Shown: piece after piece, positions 47,689-60,204 of the stretch | Layout of the letters: each line of letters begins with the position of its first letter | Position numbering within the stretch: the stretch's first letter is position 1 | From: Psammoneis japonica | Lineage: Eukaryota | DNA: 64,000 nt | Assembly: GCA_008632985.1 (NCBI GenBank) | Contig: QPGO01000013.1 | Location: 620,001 to 684,000, forward strand | Reading direction: 5' to 3' | Notes under the pieces: model-generated | What the model saw: only the letters and a program-made list of their open reading frames with translations | The model's database searches: none | What the model was told of the DNA's origin: nothing | Position numbers and translations under genes: made by a program

Positions 47689-49749
47689 GACGCTGTGTTC
47701 TTCTTGCTCAGTGTTTTCGTCGTGTTGTTGGTTGTTGTAACAACAGAGAACAGAGGGGATATTCTACGACTAGCTAGCGACTACGAGTTGCTATGCTCGA
47801 ATACACCTGACAAAATGCCGGTTGAACTGAGAAAGTTCGCCGAAGCTGGCAGATGATTTTCGACATGGGCGTTTATGCTTTTGAATAATGAAAAAATGGG
47901 AATATGAAGGATAATTATTTGACACACACATGAATGACGTGTGAATGAGAAGGAATGAACATCTTCAAATCGGATGTCAATATAAAACTACTGACGGCGT
48001 TTTGCACACCTACCTACCTGCCGCTGCTGCAACATCCGTCCGCTCCGACAAAATCCCAAAATCCACAAGAGAAACGTCACCATCCCGCCAAAGCCCCCCC
48101 TCGCCCTCCTCCCGGTCTGCCTGCTCCTTCTTCCCCAGTTCTAACTGAGGCACACACCATGCGAGTGCGAGGTCAAAGTTTTTTGGACCCACTGCCTCCT
48201 TTTCCGATGGCTCCCTCACCATTCAGTCTCTCAATGATGGCAGGGTCTTCCTCCTTCCTTTTGCTGCAAATCACCTCGGTGGTCTTGGTGCCTCCCTGGC
48301 CCTGGCCCGACTCCTCTCCTGCTTTCCAAGGCTCTGATCCTTTCTGCCTCGCCTTTGACCGCGCTCTCTCACTTTGACCGCTGCTCTTGGTGTTCTTTTC
48401 GTCAACCAGCTGCGCTTGTTGCGATGGCATCTCAGAGCTCCTCTGAGCAGTCAATCCACCGGCTCTGAGGCTTGTGAGCAGCCAGGAAAAATTGTCGAGC
48501 TGCTGCCCTTTCTTGCAGCAAAGCATCCTCAAAGCAAGGTGGTGATGCTGGGCTTGAGGACAAAAATGCCAGGCCGCTGAGCATTGTTGGCAGCTGTTGC
48601 ACATGTTCTCAATGTGCGCTTGCCCCTTTTTCCATGTTGCTTGCACGTGTTTTGCAGCTTTGCACCAGCGGGCTGCCATCTCGTCAAACTGCTGTGACAA
48701 AGCAACATCTGGGAAATGCACCACCAGTTGAGCATTTCAATCAATCCACAAGGAAGTCTGTTGGGGAGCAAGCTCAAGTGTTGCAGGATCTGGTGAAGAA
48801 CAGCATCATCTCTTGTCAACTCAGCACTGTCCTGGCTTTTTGCCGCATTTTCCAAGAACCGCGTGCATGTGACAAAGTGCACTGTGATTCTCTGGTGCAC
48901 CACTGAGCACCTTCAGCACTGACAACAAGACCTCCATTTGGTCTTGCCATCTTCTTGTCAGTGCCAGAGGTGCCCAGCACATTGGAGGCTGCCCCACCAC
49001 CAAAGCAGCTGCTGCTTGGTTGTGGGGCAGGGTCATGCACACTCAGAAGTTGACGTGCAGCACAGCACTCACAAATGGCAGATGTCAGCACATGAAGGTC
49101 AGGCACAAGGTGCAGATGCATTGTCCATTGTGCAAGCTCACACAACTCATGATGCATGCCCTGCCAAGCAAGTGTGTCAACACAATGGCGCGCCACCCAC
49201 AAGCAAACCTTTGTGTTGCCAGGATCCCCCATTTGGATGCCCCCCAAAGCCAAGCCAAGTGAACAAATGCCAAACACCTCATGTGCAACAATCCATGTGT
49301 GTCACACAGCACTCTCAATGAGAACCAAGATGAAGAGGACTTTGCATGAAGCCTTTTGTTTGAGGATGGAAATTTTCAAATGTGCGCACAAAGTGAGCAC
49401 ACAGTTCACACAACTGAACACTCCTCAGCAAAACACACCAACTCAAAAACAACCTCACATTTGTTGTCAACAGCAATTTTTGCAACTGCCTTTAAATTCT
49501 TCATCAAATTTGGTGCACAAGGCACAGCATGTCTCTCCTGAAAGTCTGCTCAGAAACCTGCCAAAATTTTCAAACACCATTCAGCAACACATGCTTGTCA
49601 AACCACCCACAACTGCAGCTGTGAAGAGGATTGCTCCTCCTGCTGTTCCCCTTAAATGTCCTGAGAAAAAAGAGCTGCAGAAAGATGAGTGTCAGATGCA
49701 TGACACTCCATCACTGACAAAAACAGCCCAGTGCACAGGGTGAGTGTGT

Positions 49750-51550
49750 GCTGCTGCACTCCAGCACCAGAACAAGCAAAAAGAGAGTCTGCTCTTCTTG
49801 TGCAACTTGGAGTCTATCACATGTAGACATCACATCATTGGCACACCAGAGAAGCACCTGCTTGACTGTGCACAAGCCATCAGAGGTCAGAGAGTGACAA
49901 CAAAACTGTGTTCAATGCAAGGCAGCAGAATTCACCACTGAGACAAACCAAAGCTTTGCAGAATGCTCAGACACAGTGACCAAAAGCACATCTTTCCCTG
50001 GAAGGTGGAGACATGCTGCAAAGACTTGGGGCTGTGCTGTTGCAAGGGCTGCTGAAGTGAGTGGTTGCTCAAAGCATTTTTCACCCATGGTTGAAGATGC
50101 AGGGGCAGTCTCTGCAACCATCCTGAGGGGCTCATGGAACACACCAGATGTGTTTGAGGAAAAAATGCCAGGTCCATTCCAAGATTTGTCTTTGTGTGTG
50201 TGAACATGGACAACCCACTGACCATCACAAAGGGACTCACTCTTTGATTTGAAGGCCATCTTGAGAAAGTGGACAAGGTTCTTAAAGAGGCAGCAAGAAA
50301 CTGGGTTTGAGGCAAGTGCTGGTGGGCCAATGTTCTGCCTGACTCAGAATTTGGATCATGGCCTTGGATGCAAAGTCACAAGGGAAGGTTGAGGGTTGAA
50401 GCAACTGAGCAAATGCCAAGCCAAAGAACACAAGAAAACTGTGCTCATTTGTGGAAATGACCAGCCAGTGCTGAGATGCACAGCCACAGTGTTTGGACAT
50501 TTTGGTGCCCCATGCTGGACATGCAGGTGGGGCTTCTAAATGGGGGCTGGGTGCACATCAAAGACAAAGCACTCAATGCTGTCAAGTGTGGCACCAGATC
50601 TGAAGAAGTGTTGCTCATGTGCATCCAGACTTCAACAAAAAATTGAAGTGCGCACACAAACATGCCCAAGCATCAACTCAGAACAGTGGCACAAAACAAG
50701 TTAGTTGACCAATGGCCTTTTGCAGCAGAAAGTAAATTGTGCAATCACAGAGAAAATTTCTTGCCTTCAGAGAGACCTGAAAGAACTCAGCTCTGTCCTT
50801 CCCAAACAATGGATCCGCTGGTGGCTGCACACACTGTCTCAAAAACTTTCCCATGCAAAGCCCCAGCTGGCACCAAGCACATCATGTGTTGGCACTTCAC
50901 ATGCAAAAAACACTGGCCAGAGCTGCAGTGTGTTTAAAGGCCACCACAATTTGGTTGCTGATGCACCAAGTCATCTCAACCTCAGCCCACCCATCGAGGC
51001 TGAGAGAGACCCAATGGTTGTAGAAATGATGCAACAAGAGTGCACCCTTTGCATGGGGCTTTCCTGACAGAAAAGTGAAGGAAGCACAGACAATTTCCAT
51101 TGGCTTCAAGAAGATTCAAACTGAGTGGCAAAGGGACAAGTGCCTGTCATGGACAGCTTGTTGGGGGGGATTCGCCATCAAGGCAAAACTGCAAAAGTGT
51201 CTGTTGCCGAGCACTTCTTCCACTGGTGTGGGGTGAGAGCTGCAGCATGACACTCTGCATGCTGCAAGTGCAGAGTGTGTCAGAAGACAAAAAGACAAAA
51301 TTACAAAAGTGAAAAGTCGCTGAAAATGGCAAAAAACTGCTGCATTTGTGGGCAGCTGCAATGACTGGCCCATTGACTGGGTGGTTCAAAACAGCTGAAG
51401 TGTTGACCAGGAGCACTGTGCTGGTGTCATGTCTGTCATTGTCAAGGAAACCTGGCTGCACAGACATCCATGGCCAAGGCAGGTTCTTGTCTTCAATGGA
51501 AAAACAAAAATCTCAGCTGAACCCAGTCCAATTGTGCAAAATGGCTGTGG
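49750..51550 (+). mobile_element. Ty3/gypsy pol relic (RT, RNase H, integrase start)
   Basis: NTPDVFEEKM..FQDL..MDN..ITKG..HLEKVDKVLK (RT); PDFNKK..HTN..KHQL..MAFCSRK (RNase H); ELQC..KGHHNLVADAPSHL; CRVCQKTK; MTGPLTGWFKTAE (integrase). The order is the gypsy order. Confidence 0.85.
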
Positions 51551-54300
51551 TCTGTGGTGATGTCAATCACAGGTGAGCTCCACAGTGGAGCATGTGCACC
51601 AGATGATTGGGGATGCACTGTGGTCATTTTCAGTCATCCAGGGCATGGCTGGAGTTGAAGAATGAAGGTGATTTGCAGAGCAGCCATGTGTTCTCAAGAG
51701 CTGCACTTGCCACACAAGTGGTGGTGCACACTGCTGCTTGAGCAAGCCCAGCGCAGCTGGCATTTGGCAGAGATGCCGGCATGTTGAATGTCACCCACTG
51801 CGCCATGTGAAAATGCACTCAGAACAGAAAGCAGAAGCTTGTCCACACAAACAAGGTGCTGTGGGGCCACTGGCACTTGTCAAACAGGAGCAAAAGACCA
51901 AACATGGGACTGATTGTCATGCAGGCCCTGCCAGAATTGTCTGTGCAAATGACAGTCATGGCACACTGTGCTCTCAAGATTGTGTGCTGACAGACATGTG
52001 CAACATTTGCAGCAGATTGCACCCCATCTTTGGCAAGAAATCTGGTGCTCTCTGCAGCCCTTGCCATTGGGGAGCATGCAGCATGCACACTGACAACTGG
52101 CAAATCCCAGCATGTGTCCTGTGACATGATTGCCAAAGGTGAAGGTCAGGTGCAGATGACTGCATTTCAAAAGCCCACATGACTCACACTCAGTCCCACT
52201 CCACTGAGCAGACATGTTGGCATGAGCAATTGTGCACCAGCTGCAAAAAGTGGGCTAACATCACAACAAGGACATGACCATGCCTTCACAGCTGGCTTCT
52301 TTAAAGTTGTGTGGAGTGAACAAAGACAATGCACACCAAGCCATGCTTTGGGCAGCACCAGAAGATGAGCTTTGTCTGAAGCCTTTTGCTCATGAATGGA
52401 GAAGCTCACAAGCATGCTCTGAGTGAGTGCACAACTCATGCAGCCAAATGAACTGGCCTCACATGGCCATTGTCAACAGCAACCTTTGCCCCCCCTCCTT
52501 GCAATGGAGAGAGACACAAGCATGAGGAGATGCTTTGTTTGCTTTCAGTCAAAGCACCAGGGCATTCACAAGTCTTGCTGCTGTTTGTTGTGACTTGGAG
52601 GAATTTGGTTTTTTGGTCCAGCCAACCATCAAAGTGTTCTTGTTGCACCACACTGCAATGTGTCTGTCTTGGACATCTGCTGCCATCTCTAGAATCTAGA
52701 ACAAGATGGTGACTCACCATTTCAAGGTTGCTCTGGATGCCAATGGCACCAATTGGTGTTTTTGAAGATGCCAAAGCCTCTCCAATGTTGTCAGGCCATT
52801 GCTGCAAGACCAGCAGTTGCAGACAGTCTGCTTGGTTTGCAGAGAACCAAACACCTCTCCAATGCTCAGTTTTGAAACATCACTGAATGCATTGCATTGT
52901 GTCAGCTCAGGCCACCAGCTTGCTGAAGGTGGCTGGTTCATTGGCAATGAGGCATGGAAGAGTGCAGAAGTTGCACAGGACTTCTGTGAGCTCTTGATTT
53001 GGTTTGGTGTGAGTGCAGTGCTTGGGCAAGTTTGGGGTGCAGTCCACTGGGCTTGTGAGCCCCTTTTCTCCTGGGGTGCCAAATGACACATGGCACATCT
53101 TGTCTTGCACTTCCACTGCCTCCCCTTGTGGGCAAGAGCACCAGCATGTGAACCACTGGAAAGTTTGCAATCAAGTTTCTTGGCTTTGTCTGCTGGCAAT
53201 TTGAGGACTTGTTGCTCCATGCCATCAAAGATCCTCTGACAGAGCATTTTGTTGTGGATTGCCCACACTCCTTTGCCTTTTCCCCATTTCTTTTACAGAT
53301 GAGATGGGATTGTCTTGCACAGCTTTCCATCAAGGAGCACACCCTGTGAGTGGTCAAGGAAGATTCAGTGGGCACAACCTCTGTGTGGAATGGCAGTGAC
53401 AGGTGACAGCAATGGAAGCTTTTTGAGTGGATTGTTCTTTGTGACATTCCTCTTGTGAAGAAGTGACAAACTGCTTTCCTTTTCCTTGTCTTGCATTTCT
53501 TGTTCACAGCAGTGCAAGCTGCACCTGACTCTCTTGCCAAGTGGTGGCATCCTCAAGTCAGGGTGGCCTTGCGCACATTGTTTCATTTCCATTCAGTGCC
53601 CACATCCATGGACGGGCACCCATTTTTTGCATGACACCCCCCCCCCCCCCCCCCCATGGTGCAATGAGGCCACCCAGGTGTTGTTCACACTTACACTGTG
53701 TGCCATTTTGGGGCAAATTGCTTTCCCTGTGTGCCCAACCACCATCTGTTTTGTTTGTGTGCATGCTGGAGCTGCCCCCATTGCTCCCACAGCAATTTGT
53801 GTCATTGTCTGGGGCAGCGCCACACTCTTTGCATGTTGTCAATGGTGGAGTTGCAAGCTGCAGAGGCCTGTGGCATGATTTGCTCAAATGCAGCAGGTGC
53901 TGGCCTTCTGCTGCAGGAGGCATGTGATGCCAATGGAGGGTGGCCACAGTTGTGCCCTCTCCCAGCATGGCACCAGTGGGGTGCTCCTGTCATTCACACC
54001 TGCACTTCATCAGGTTCTTTGCCAGTGCTGCTGTGATGCCTCTAGGTGCAGCTTGTCAAGGAGCTTTTTGTGTGAGACTCTGAGTCAAGATCTGTGGAAG
54101 CAGAGGGGGCATCTGGGTTCTTTTTGAGCTGCCAGCAGTGTGGAGCACACCTGCCCTTCAGGCACCATGAGCTGTGCTGCCTTTGGCAGATCAAAGGTTG
54201 GGGGGTGCTGCCAAACTTGTCAATGCCCAAGTGTTTTGCAACTCTGCCAAGCACCACATCCAGGAACTTCTTCTTCTGCACCAACAGCTCAGTGAGCTCT
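51550..54300 (-). mobile_element. Possible Ty1/copia pol relic
   Basis: QRIFDG..P.DKAKKLDCK..G resembles the post-integrase LRxFG..KRxKLDxK segment. VHCLCSLHTTLKKPAVKAW resembles the RT motif SLYGLKQA..W and lies downstream of it. Very degenerate. Confidence 0.4.
53637..53655. repeat. Poly-C tract (19 nt)
   Basis: Seen directly. Confidence 0.9.
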
Positions 54301-54909
54301 CCAGTGTTTTGGACAACATTGGCATCTGTTTGCTCTGTTGTTCATGTTGCTCTCCTGGCTGTGTTGGTGCTGCTTGGTTTGGTGGCAGAAAGGTGGTGAG
54401 AAGTCAGCCGGCATGTCAAGGAGTGTTGTCTGTTGTGTGGCTGCTGATTGACAAGAGCAGTGCTCCAGCATTTGGACCACTCGCGACAGACTTGGCTGGC
54501 CGTTTGGAGGAAAGATGCCTTTGCAGTTCACCCCCTCTGTCATCTTTGGACTCTCAGATGTTGAAGTTGTCATCCTTCTTCTGTGATGACAGAAAAGCAT
54601 GAGCACCATTGCACAGCAGTGTTCACTGGAAGTCTCTGTTGTCATGTCACGGCACGATCCAACACAAACTGAGGCCGGCTCATTCTTCGTGGAATGCCAA
54701 GCAACTGCTCACGATTTATTGGTCTGACCGTGACACGTGCAGAGCTCAAAAGCGGTCTAGGATGAAAAGGAGAGAAAAGACAGGAGGTGCTCCAGCTCAC
54801 TCACATCATCTATTCTTTCTTCTCTAAGTATTTTTTTCCTAAACTGTTCTTTTGTATGCTGGTGGTAGCTCTGAAAAAAAAAAAATCACGCAAATCACGA
54901 ACTGAAAAA

Positions 54910-57900
54910 CTAAGTGCAGTCATCTATTGGACTGCTGTTTGGCGTAGGCCTGGGAGGGTTAACACACACCTGCGGTGCAGACGTTGGTCCGTAGTTTGCT
55001 GAATTGGTGCAATTGAAGCCTCCGTCACAACAAAGGGGATCACCAGAAGATTTGCAAATTAGGCCAGTCGTGTTTGCAATAATGTCTGCACACGAAGGCA
55101 TGTTTTCGATCACGTTATCTGAAATGACACAAAAGGTAATGGGATAGGCTGGTGCTTGCCCCTGAGATGGACCAAGACAACCTGAGCCACAGTCAGTGCT
55201 GCAAGCTGTTGTGGCCTGAGCTCCCCAAGCACCTTGGACGCATCCTTGTGCTTCAGGACAACATTTGGCACGGTTGTTACGATCCCCGGTCATTGCTAGA
55301 AAGGCGTCATCGCATATTTGTTCCCTCTCGGCAGTGCAGGATCCAGGATCTTCAGAGGGCGCCGTCGAGGGGGTGACAGATGGGACATCACTAGGAGTTG
55401 CGGATGGAGTGACAGAGGGCACATCACTGGGTGCCGCACTCGGGACTGTAGATGGAGTAGCAGAAGGCACCGTCGAGGGTGTTAGAGACGGGACATCACT
55501 CGGAACTGCCGATGGTGTTGTTGAAGGCATATCACTAGGAGCCGCACTAGGGACTGTAGATGGAGCAGTGGAGGGCACCGTCGAGGGGGTGAGAGACGGG
55601 ACATCACTCGGAAGTGCGGATGGTGTTGTTGAAGGCATGTCACTCGGAGCAGTGCTCGGGACTGCAGATGGAGCAGTAGAGGGCACTGTCGAAGGTGTCA
55701 AAGACGGTACGTCACTTGGCTCTGTGGATGGTGTTGTTGAAGGCACGTCACTAGGAGCCGCACTCGGGACTGTAGATGGAGTAGCTGAAGGCACCTTTGA
55801 GGGGGTGACTGATGGGACATCACTCGGAACTGCGGATGGAGTGGCAGAGGGCACATCACTGGGAGCTGCACTCGGGACTGTAGATGGAACTGTAGAGGGC
55901 ACTGTCGAAGGGGTCAAAGACGGTAGGTCACTTGGCTCAGTGGATGGTGTTGTTGAAGGCTCGTCACTAGGAGCCGCACTGGGGACTGTAGATGGAGTAG
56001 CTGAAGGCACCGTTGAGGGGGTGACTGATGGGACATCACTCGGAACTGCGGATGGAGTTGCAGAGGGCACATCACTGGGAGCTGCACTCGGGACTGTAGA
56101 TGGAACTGTAGAGGGCACTGTCGAAGGGGTCAAAGACGGTACGTCACTTGGCTCAGTGGATGGTGTTGTTGAAGGCACGTCACTAGGAGCCACACTCGGG
56201 ACTGTAGATGGAGTAGCTGAAGGCACCGTTGAGGGGGTAACTGATGGGATATCACTCGGAACTGCGGATGGAGTGGCAGAGGGCACATCACTGGGAGCTG
56301 TACTCGGGACTGTAGATGGAGCATTAGATGGCGCTGTCGAAGGGGTCACAGATGGCGTGTTACTGGGTTCTGCTGAAGGTGTTGTTGAAGGCACTTCACT
56401 AGGAGCCGCACTCGGGACTGTAGATGGTGTAGCTGAAGGCACCGTTGAGGGGGTGAGTGAAGGGGCCAATGATGGCATATTACTAGGTTCAGAGGATGGA
56501 GCAGACGATGGTACGTTGCTTGGCACCGCACTTGGTATTTCTGATGGTGTAGACGATGGTGCACTACTCGGTACAGCTGATGGAGTCGTGGACGGTGCTG
56601 TACTCGGCATAGCTGAAGGTGCCCGTGACGGTACATCACTTGGCGTAGACGACGGGGTGGTTGATGGTGCGTTGCTAGGAGCTACACTCGGGGCTTTAGA
56701 CGGGGTGGTAGATGGCACCGTTGAAGGTGCAACCGATGGCACATTGCTCGGTTGAGAGGATGGAGCAGATGATGGTACTTTACTTGGCACCGCACTCGGT
56801 AGATGTGATGGTGTCAGGGATGGCGCACTACTCGGTGCTGCTGATGGAGTGGTGGACGGTACTGCACTCGGCATAGCTGAAGGTGCACGTGACGGTACAT
56901 CACTTGGCGTAGACGACGGGGTGGTTGATGGTGCGTTGCTAGGAGCTGCACTCGGGGCTTTAGACGGGGTGGTAGATGGCACCATTGAAGGTGGAACCGA
57001 TGGCACATTGCTTGGTTGAGAGGATGGAGCAGATGATGGTACTTTACTTGGCACCGCACTCGGTAGTTGCGATGGTGTCGAGGATGGCGCACTACTCGGT
57101 GCTGCTGATGGAGTGGTGGACGGTACATCACTTGGCATAGCTGAAGGTGCACGCGAGGGTGCATCACTGGGCGCAGACGATGGGGTATCTGATGGTGCAT
57201 CGCTAGGAGCTGTACCCGGGGCTTCAGACGGGGTAGTAGATGGCACCGTCGAAGGCGCAACCGATGGCACATTGCTTGGTTCAGAGGATGGAGCAGATGA
57301 TGGTACTTTACTTGGCACCGCACTCGGTAGATGTGATGGTGTCAGGGATGGCGCACTACTCGGTGCTGCTGATGGAGTGGTGGATGGTACATCACTTGGT
57401 ATAGCCGAAGGTGCACGTGACGGCACATTACGTGGCAAAGACGATGGAGTGTCTGATGGTGCATCGCTAGGAGCTGTACCCGGGGCTTCAGACGGGGTAG
57501 TAGATGGCACCGTCGAAGGCGCAACCGATGGCACATTGCTTGGTTCAGAGGTTGGAGCAGACGATGGTACTTTACTTGGCACCGCACTCGGTAGTTGCGA
57601 TGGTGTCGAGGATGGCGCACTACTCGGTGCTGCTGATGGAGTGGTGGAAGGTACATCACTTGGCATAGCTGAAGGTGCACGTGACGGTACATCACTTGGC
57701 TTTGACGACGGGGTGGTTGATTGTGCATTGCTAGGAGCTGCACTCGGGGCTTTAGACGGGGTGGTAGATGGCACCGTTGAAGGTGCAACCGATGGCACAT
57801 AGCTTGGTTGAGAGGATGGAGCAGATGATGGTACTTTACTTGGCACCGCACTTGGTATTTCTGATGGTGTCAACGATGGCGCACTACTCGGTGTAGATGA

Positions 57901-60204
57901 TGGAGTCGTGGACGGTACACGTGACGGTACATCACTTGGCATTGTGGATGTCATACGTGACGGCACATTACTCGGCACAGAAGATGGAGGTGTTGATGGT
58001 ATAGCACTTGGACCTGCACTGGGGGCTTCGGACGGCGTGGTAGAGGGGAGTGATGAAGGTTTAAGCGATGGTTCAGCCGATGGATTCTTCGAAGGCACAT
58101 CGCTTGGTTCAGACGATGGAGTTGACGATGGTGCATTGCTTGGTTGCGAGCTTGGTTCTTTGGATGACAGTAAAGATGGCGTGCCACTCGGTTCAGCTGA
58201 AGGAGCTGTTGACGGGAAAATGCTAGGAGATCCACTCGGAGCTAACGAAGGCATAGTTGCTGGCATATCGCTTGGTGTGGAGGATGGTGTAAATGAAGGT
58301 GTATTGCTTGTGTCCAAAGATGGCTTCATTGACGGTATTTCGCTGGGCACCACACTTGGCAATTTGGATGGGTTTATAGACGGCAAAACGGATGGTGTCA
58401 ATGATGGTACACCACTGGGATTAGCCGATGGTACTGTCAATGGCATGTTGCTTGGAAACACACTAGGCGCCATGGACGGAGTACTTGACGGTGTAGTGGA
58501 TGGAGTAAGTGAAGGCATACCACTCGGTTTGGTCGAGGGAGTCGTAGACGGAACAGAGCTTGCTATTGTGCTCGGGACTGTGGAAGGACTTGTCGATGGT
58601 ACCGTTGAAGGCCGCTGTGACGGCTCACCACTTGGGACAGACGATGGCATCGTAGATGGTGCATCACTGGGAAGCGCACTCGGACCTCTTGAAGGTGATA
58701 TGGATGGTACATCACTGGGTTGAAATGATAGCTTTGCTGATGGTAGACTACTAGGGACCGTGCTTGGAACCGTCGAAGGTGTTGTTGATACATCAGCAGT
58801 TGGTGTTCTTGATGGCATATTGCTCGGTACATTTGATGGAATTGTTGATGGCACATCACTTTGCTCTGAGGTTGGAAATCCTGATGGAATTGCGGAGGCC
58901 ACGACGGAGGGCCTCAAAGATGGTACACGACTAGGTTCAGCCGATGGAGTTGTAGATGGCATATTGCTTGGAAATACACTAGGTGCCACGGATGGAGTAG
59001 TTGATGGCACAGTGGATGGATTAATTGAAGGCATATCGCTCGGTTTGGTTGAGGGATCGGCAGACGGAGCGGAGCTTAGAATTGTACTGGGGAATGCAAA
59101 AGGACTAGTTGATGGCTCCGTTGAAGGTCCCAAAGAAGATACATCACTAGTAGGAGTCGTGCTTGGCAATGATGAAGGTGCTCTTGATGGCAAGGCTGAA
59201 GGTCGCTGTGACGGTTTGCCACTAGGGAGAGACGACGGTATTGCGGACGGTTCTTCACTGATAGGTGCACTCGGAAATGCTGATGGTGATGCGGACTGTA
59301 CATCGCTTGGCTTGAATGATGGATTCGTCGACGGTAATTGACTAGTAGCCACACTCGGCGCCGTCGAAGGAGTAGTACTTGGCGTTATTGAAGGCACACC
59401 ACTCGGTGAATCTGACGGAAGTGTTGATGGCACGACACTGGGCAATAAGCTCGGAGATCCTGTCGGAATTCTAGAGGGCACTATAGATGGCATCAATGAT
59501 GGCGCAAAAGTTGGTTCAGCCATTGGCATGATTGATGGCGTGGAACTTGGAAGTGTACTTAGCGCCATTGAGGGGATAGTTGATGGAAAAGTAGATGACG
59601 GAGCTTGACTGGGCATTCTTGACGGAAATGTCGAAGGGATATTGCTAGCTGTAGATGTTGGGGCTTGGCTTGGTATATTCGATGGGACAGCCGATGGGTT
59701 TTCGCTTGGAGAGTTAGAAGAAATAGCACTAGGAAAGGTTGAAGGTGCTCGGCTTGGAACCACGGATGTTGCGCCTGAAGGCGCATTGCTGGGAATGATC
59801 AATGTCGGCGTGCTAGATGGAAGGTTCGTTGGTGTCCTAGAAGGAGCTGTAGTTGGCTCATCGTCTGGGATAAGACGTGAAGGTGGAGGTGAAGGTCTCC
59901 TGGTGCTACTTAGAGGTCTTGTTGGTCTCCGAGTAGGTGATCCTATAGTAGGCCGACTTCTGGAGAAATTGCCCCGTGTAGAAGACCGTAAGCTTGATGG
60001 CGATTTTTCAACATATTCTTGATTTCCTGATGGATCAATGCTTACATTTCTCGTTCTTTTTCTTGGCTTTGTCGTTCGCTTTGTTCCTCTGGATGTGGTT
60101 CGATCCATCAAATTGTTATGCCGCGTCCGTCCTAGCCTTTCGGCAGCCAATGCAGTACAAACACCAATTGCTAATAGAAGTAGGATAGCAAAAATGCGCA
60201 TCAT
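54910..60204 (-). CDS. Giant secreted mucin-like P/S/T-rich protein with a Cys-rich C-terminal domain
   Basis: Single ORF of about 1764 aa from ATG 60204: signal peptide, basic R/T-rich segment, hundreds of PSxx tetrapeptides, then a Cys-rich tail of about 140 aa. Confidence 0.9.
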   Translation of the reverse strand: MMRIFAILLLLAIGVCTALAAERLGRTRHNNLMDRTTSRGTKRTTKPRKRTRNVSIDPSGNQEYVEKSPSSLRSSTRGNFSRSRPTIGSPTRRPTRPLSSTRRPSPPPSRLIPDDEPTTAPSRTPTNLPSSTPTLIIPSNAPSGATSVVPSRAPSTFPSAISSNSPSENPSAVPSNIPSQAPTSTASNIPSTFPSRMPSQAPSSTFPSTIPSMALSTLPSSTPSIMPMAEPTFAPSLMPSIVPSRIPTGSPSLLPSVVPSTLPSDSPSGVPSITPSTTPSTAPSVATSQLPSTNPSFKPSDVQSASPSAFPSAPISEEPSAIPSSLPSGKPSQRPSALPSRAPSSLPSTTPTSDVSSLGPSTEPSTSPFAFPSTILSSAPSADPSTKPSDMPSINPSTVPSTTPSVAPSVFPSNMPSTTPSAEPSRVPSLRPSVVASAIPSGFPTSEQSDVPSTIPSNVPSNMPSRTPTADVSTTPSTVPSTVPSSLPSAKLSFQPSDVPSISPSRGPSALPSDAPSTMPSSVPSGEPSQRPSTVPSTSPSTVPSTIASSVPSTTPSTKPSGMPSLTPSTTPSSTPSMAPSVFPSNMPLTVPSANPSGVPSLTPSVLPSINPSKLPSVVPSEIPSMKPSLDTSNTPSFTPSSTPSDMPATMPSLAPSGSPSIFPSTAPSAEPSGTPSLLSSKEPSSQPSNAPSSTPSSEPSDVPSKNPSAEPSLKPSSLPSTTPSEAPSAGPSAIPSTPPSSVPSNVPSRMTSTMPSDVPSRVPSTTPSSTPSSAPSLTPSEIPSAVPSKVPSSAPSSQPSYVPSVAPSTVPSTTPSKAPSAAPSNAQSTTPSSKPSDVPSRAPSAMPSDVPSTTPSAAPSSAPSSTPSQLPSAVPSKVPSSAPTSEPSNVPSVAPSTVPSTTPSEAPGTAPSDAPSDTPSSLPRNVPSRAPSAIPSDVPSTTPSAAPSSAPSLTPSHLPSAVPSKVPSSAPSSEPSNVPSVAPSTVPSTTPSEAPGTAPSDAPSDTPSSAPSDAPSRAPSAMPSDVPSTTPSAAPSSAPSSTPSQLPSAVPSKVPSSAPSSQPSNVPSVPPSMVPSTTPSKAPSAAPSNAPSTTPSSTPSDVPSRAPSAMPSAVPSTTPSAAPSSAPSLTPSHLPSAVPSKVPSSAPSSQPSNVPSVAPSTVPSTTPSKAPSVAPSNAPSTTPSSTPSDVPSRAPSAMPSTAPSTTPSAVPSSAPSSTPSEIPSAVPSNVPSSAPSSEPSNMPSLAPSLTPSTVPSATPSTVPSAAPSEVPSTTPSAEPSNTPSVTPSTAPSNAPSTVPSTAPSDVPSATPSAVPSDIPSVTPSTVPSATPSTVPSVAPSDVPSTTPSTEPSDVPSLTPSTVPSTVPSTVPSAAPSDVPSATPSAVPSDVPSVTPSTVPSATPSTVPSAAPSDEPSTTPSTEPSDLPSLTPSTVPSTVPSTVPSAAPSDVPSATPSAVPSDVPSVTPSKVPSATPSTVPSAAPSDVPSTTPSTEPSDVPSLTPSTVPSTAPSAVPSTAPSDMPSTTPSALPSDVPSLTPSTVPSTAPSTVPSAAPSDMPSTTPSAVPSDVPSLTPSTVPSATPSTVPSAAPSDVPSVTPSATPSDVPSVTPSTAPSEDPGSCTAEREQICDDAFLAMTGDRNNRAKCCPEAQGCVQGAWGAQATTACSTDCGSGCLGPSQGQAPAYPITFCVISDNVIENMPSCADIIANTTGLICKSSGDPLCCDGGFNCTNSANYGPTSAPQVCVNPPRPTPNSSPIDDCT
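55360..57960 (-). repeat. Higher-order coding repeats: 216-bp period (about 55.5-56.4 kb) and 264-bp period (about 56.5-57.9 kb)
   Basis: gtcaaagacgg-type anchors at 55697, 55913, 56129, 56345; gtt(g/c)agagg anchors at 56487, 56751, 57015, 57279, 57543, 57807. Confidence 0.85.

Larger units (their letters stand above)
48150..54710. other. Hypermutated block 5 (LTR retrotransposon relics)
   Basis: About 18 TA found by eye in 6.5 kb. CG is rare in the core and commoner at both edges. Confidence 0.9.

Noticed and set aside
48150..54710. Foreign or viral DNA, or an alternative genetic code, as the cause of the odd composition
   Set aside because: Unrelated sequences (LINE, gypsy, UGT, MYND) share the signature, frames are broken and edges grade within single genes, which indicates mutation in situ.
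55265..59341. Long plus-strand G/V/D/T-rich ORFs
   Set aside because: They are antisense shadows of the PSxx repeat gene. The same applies to 12842-13312.
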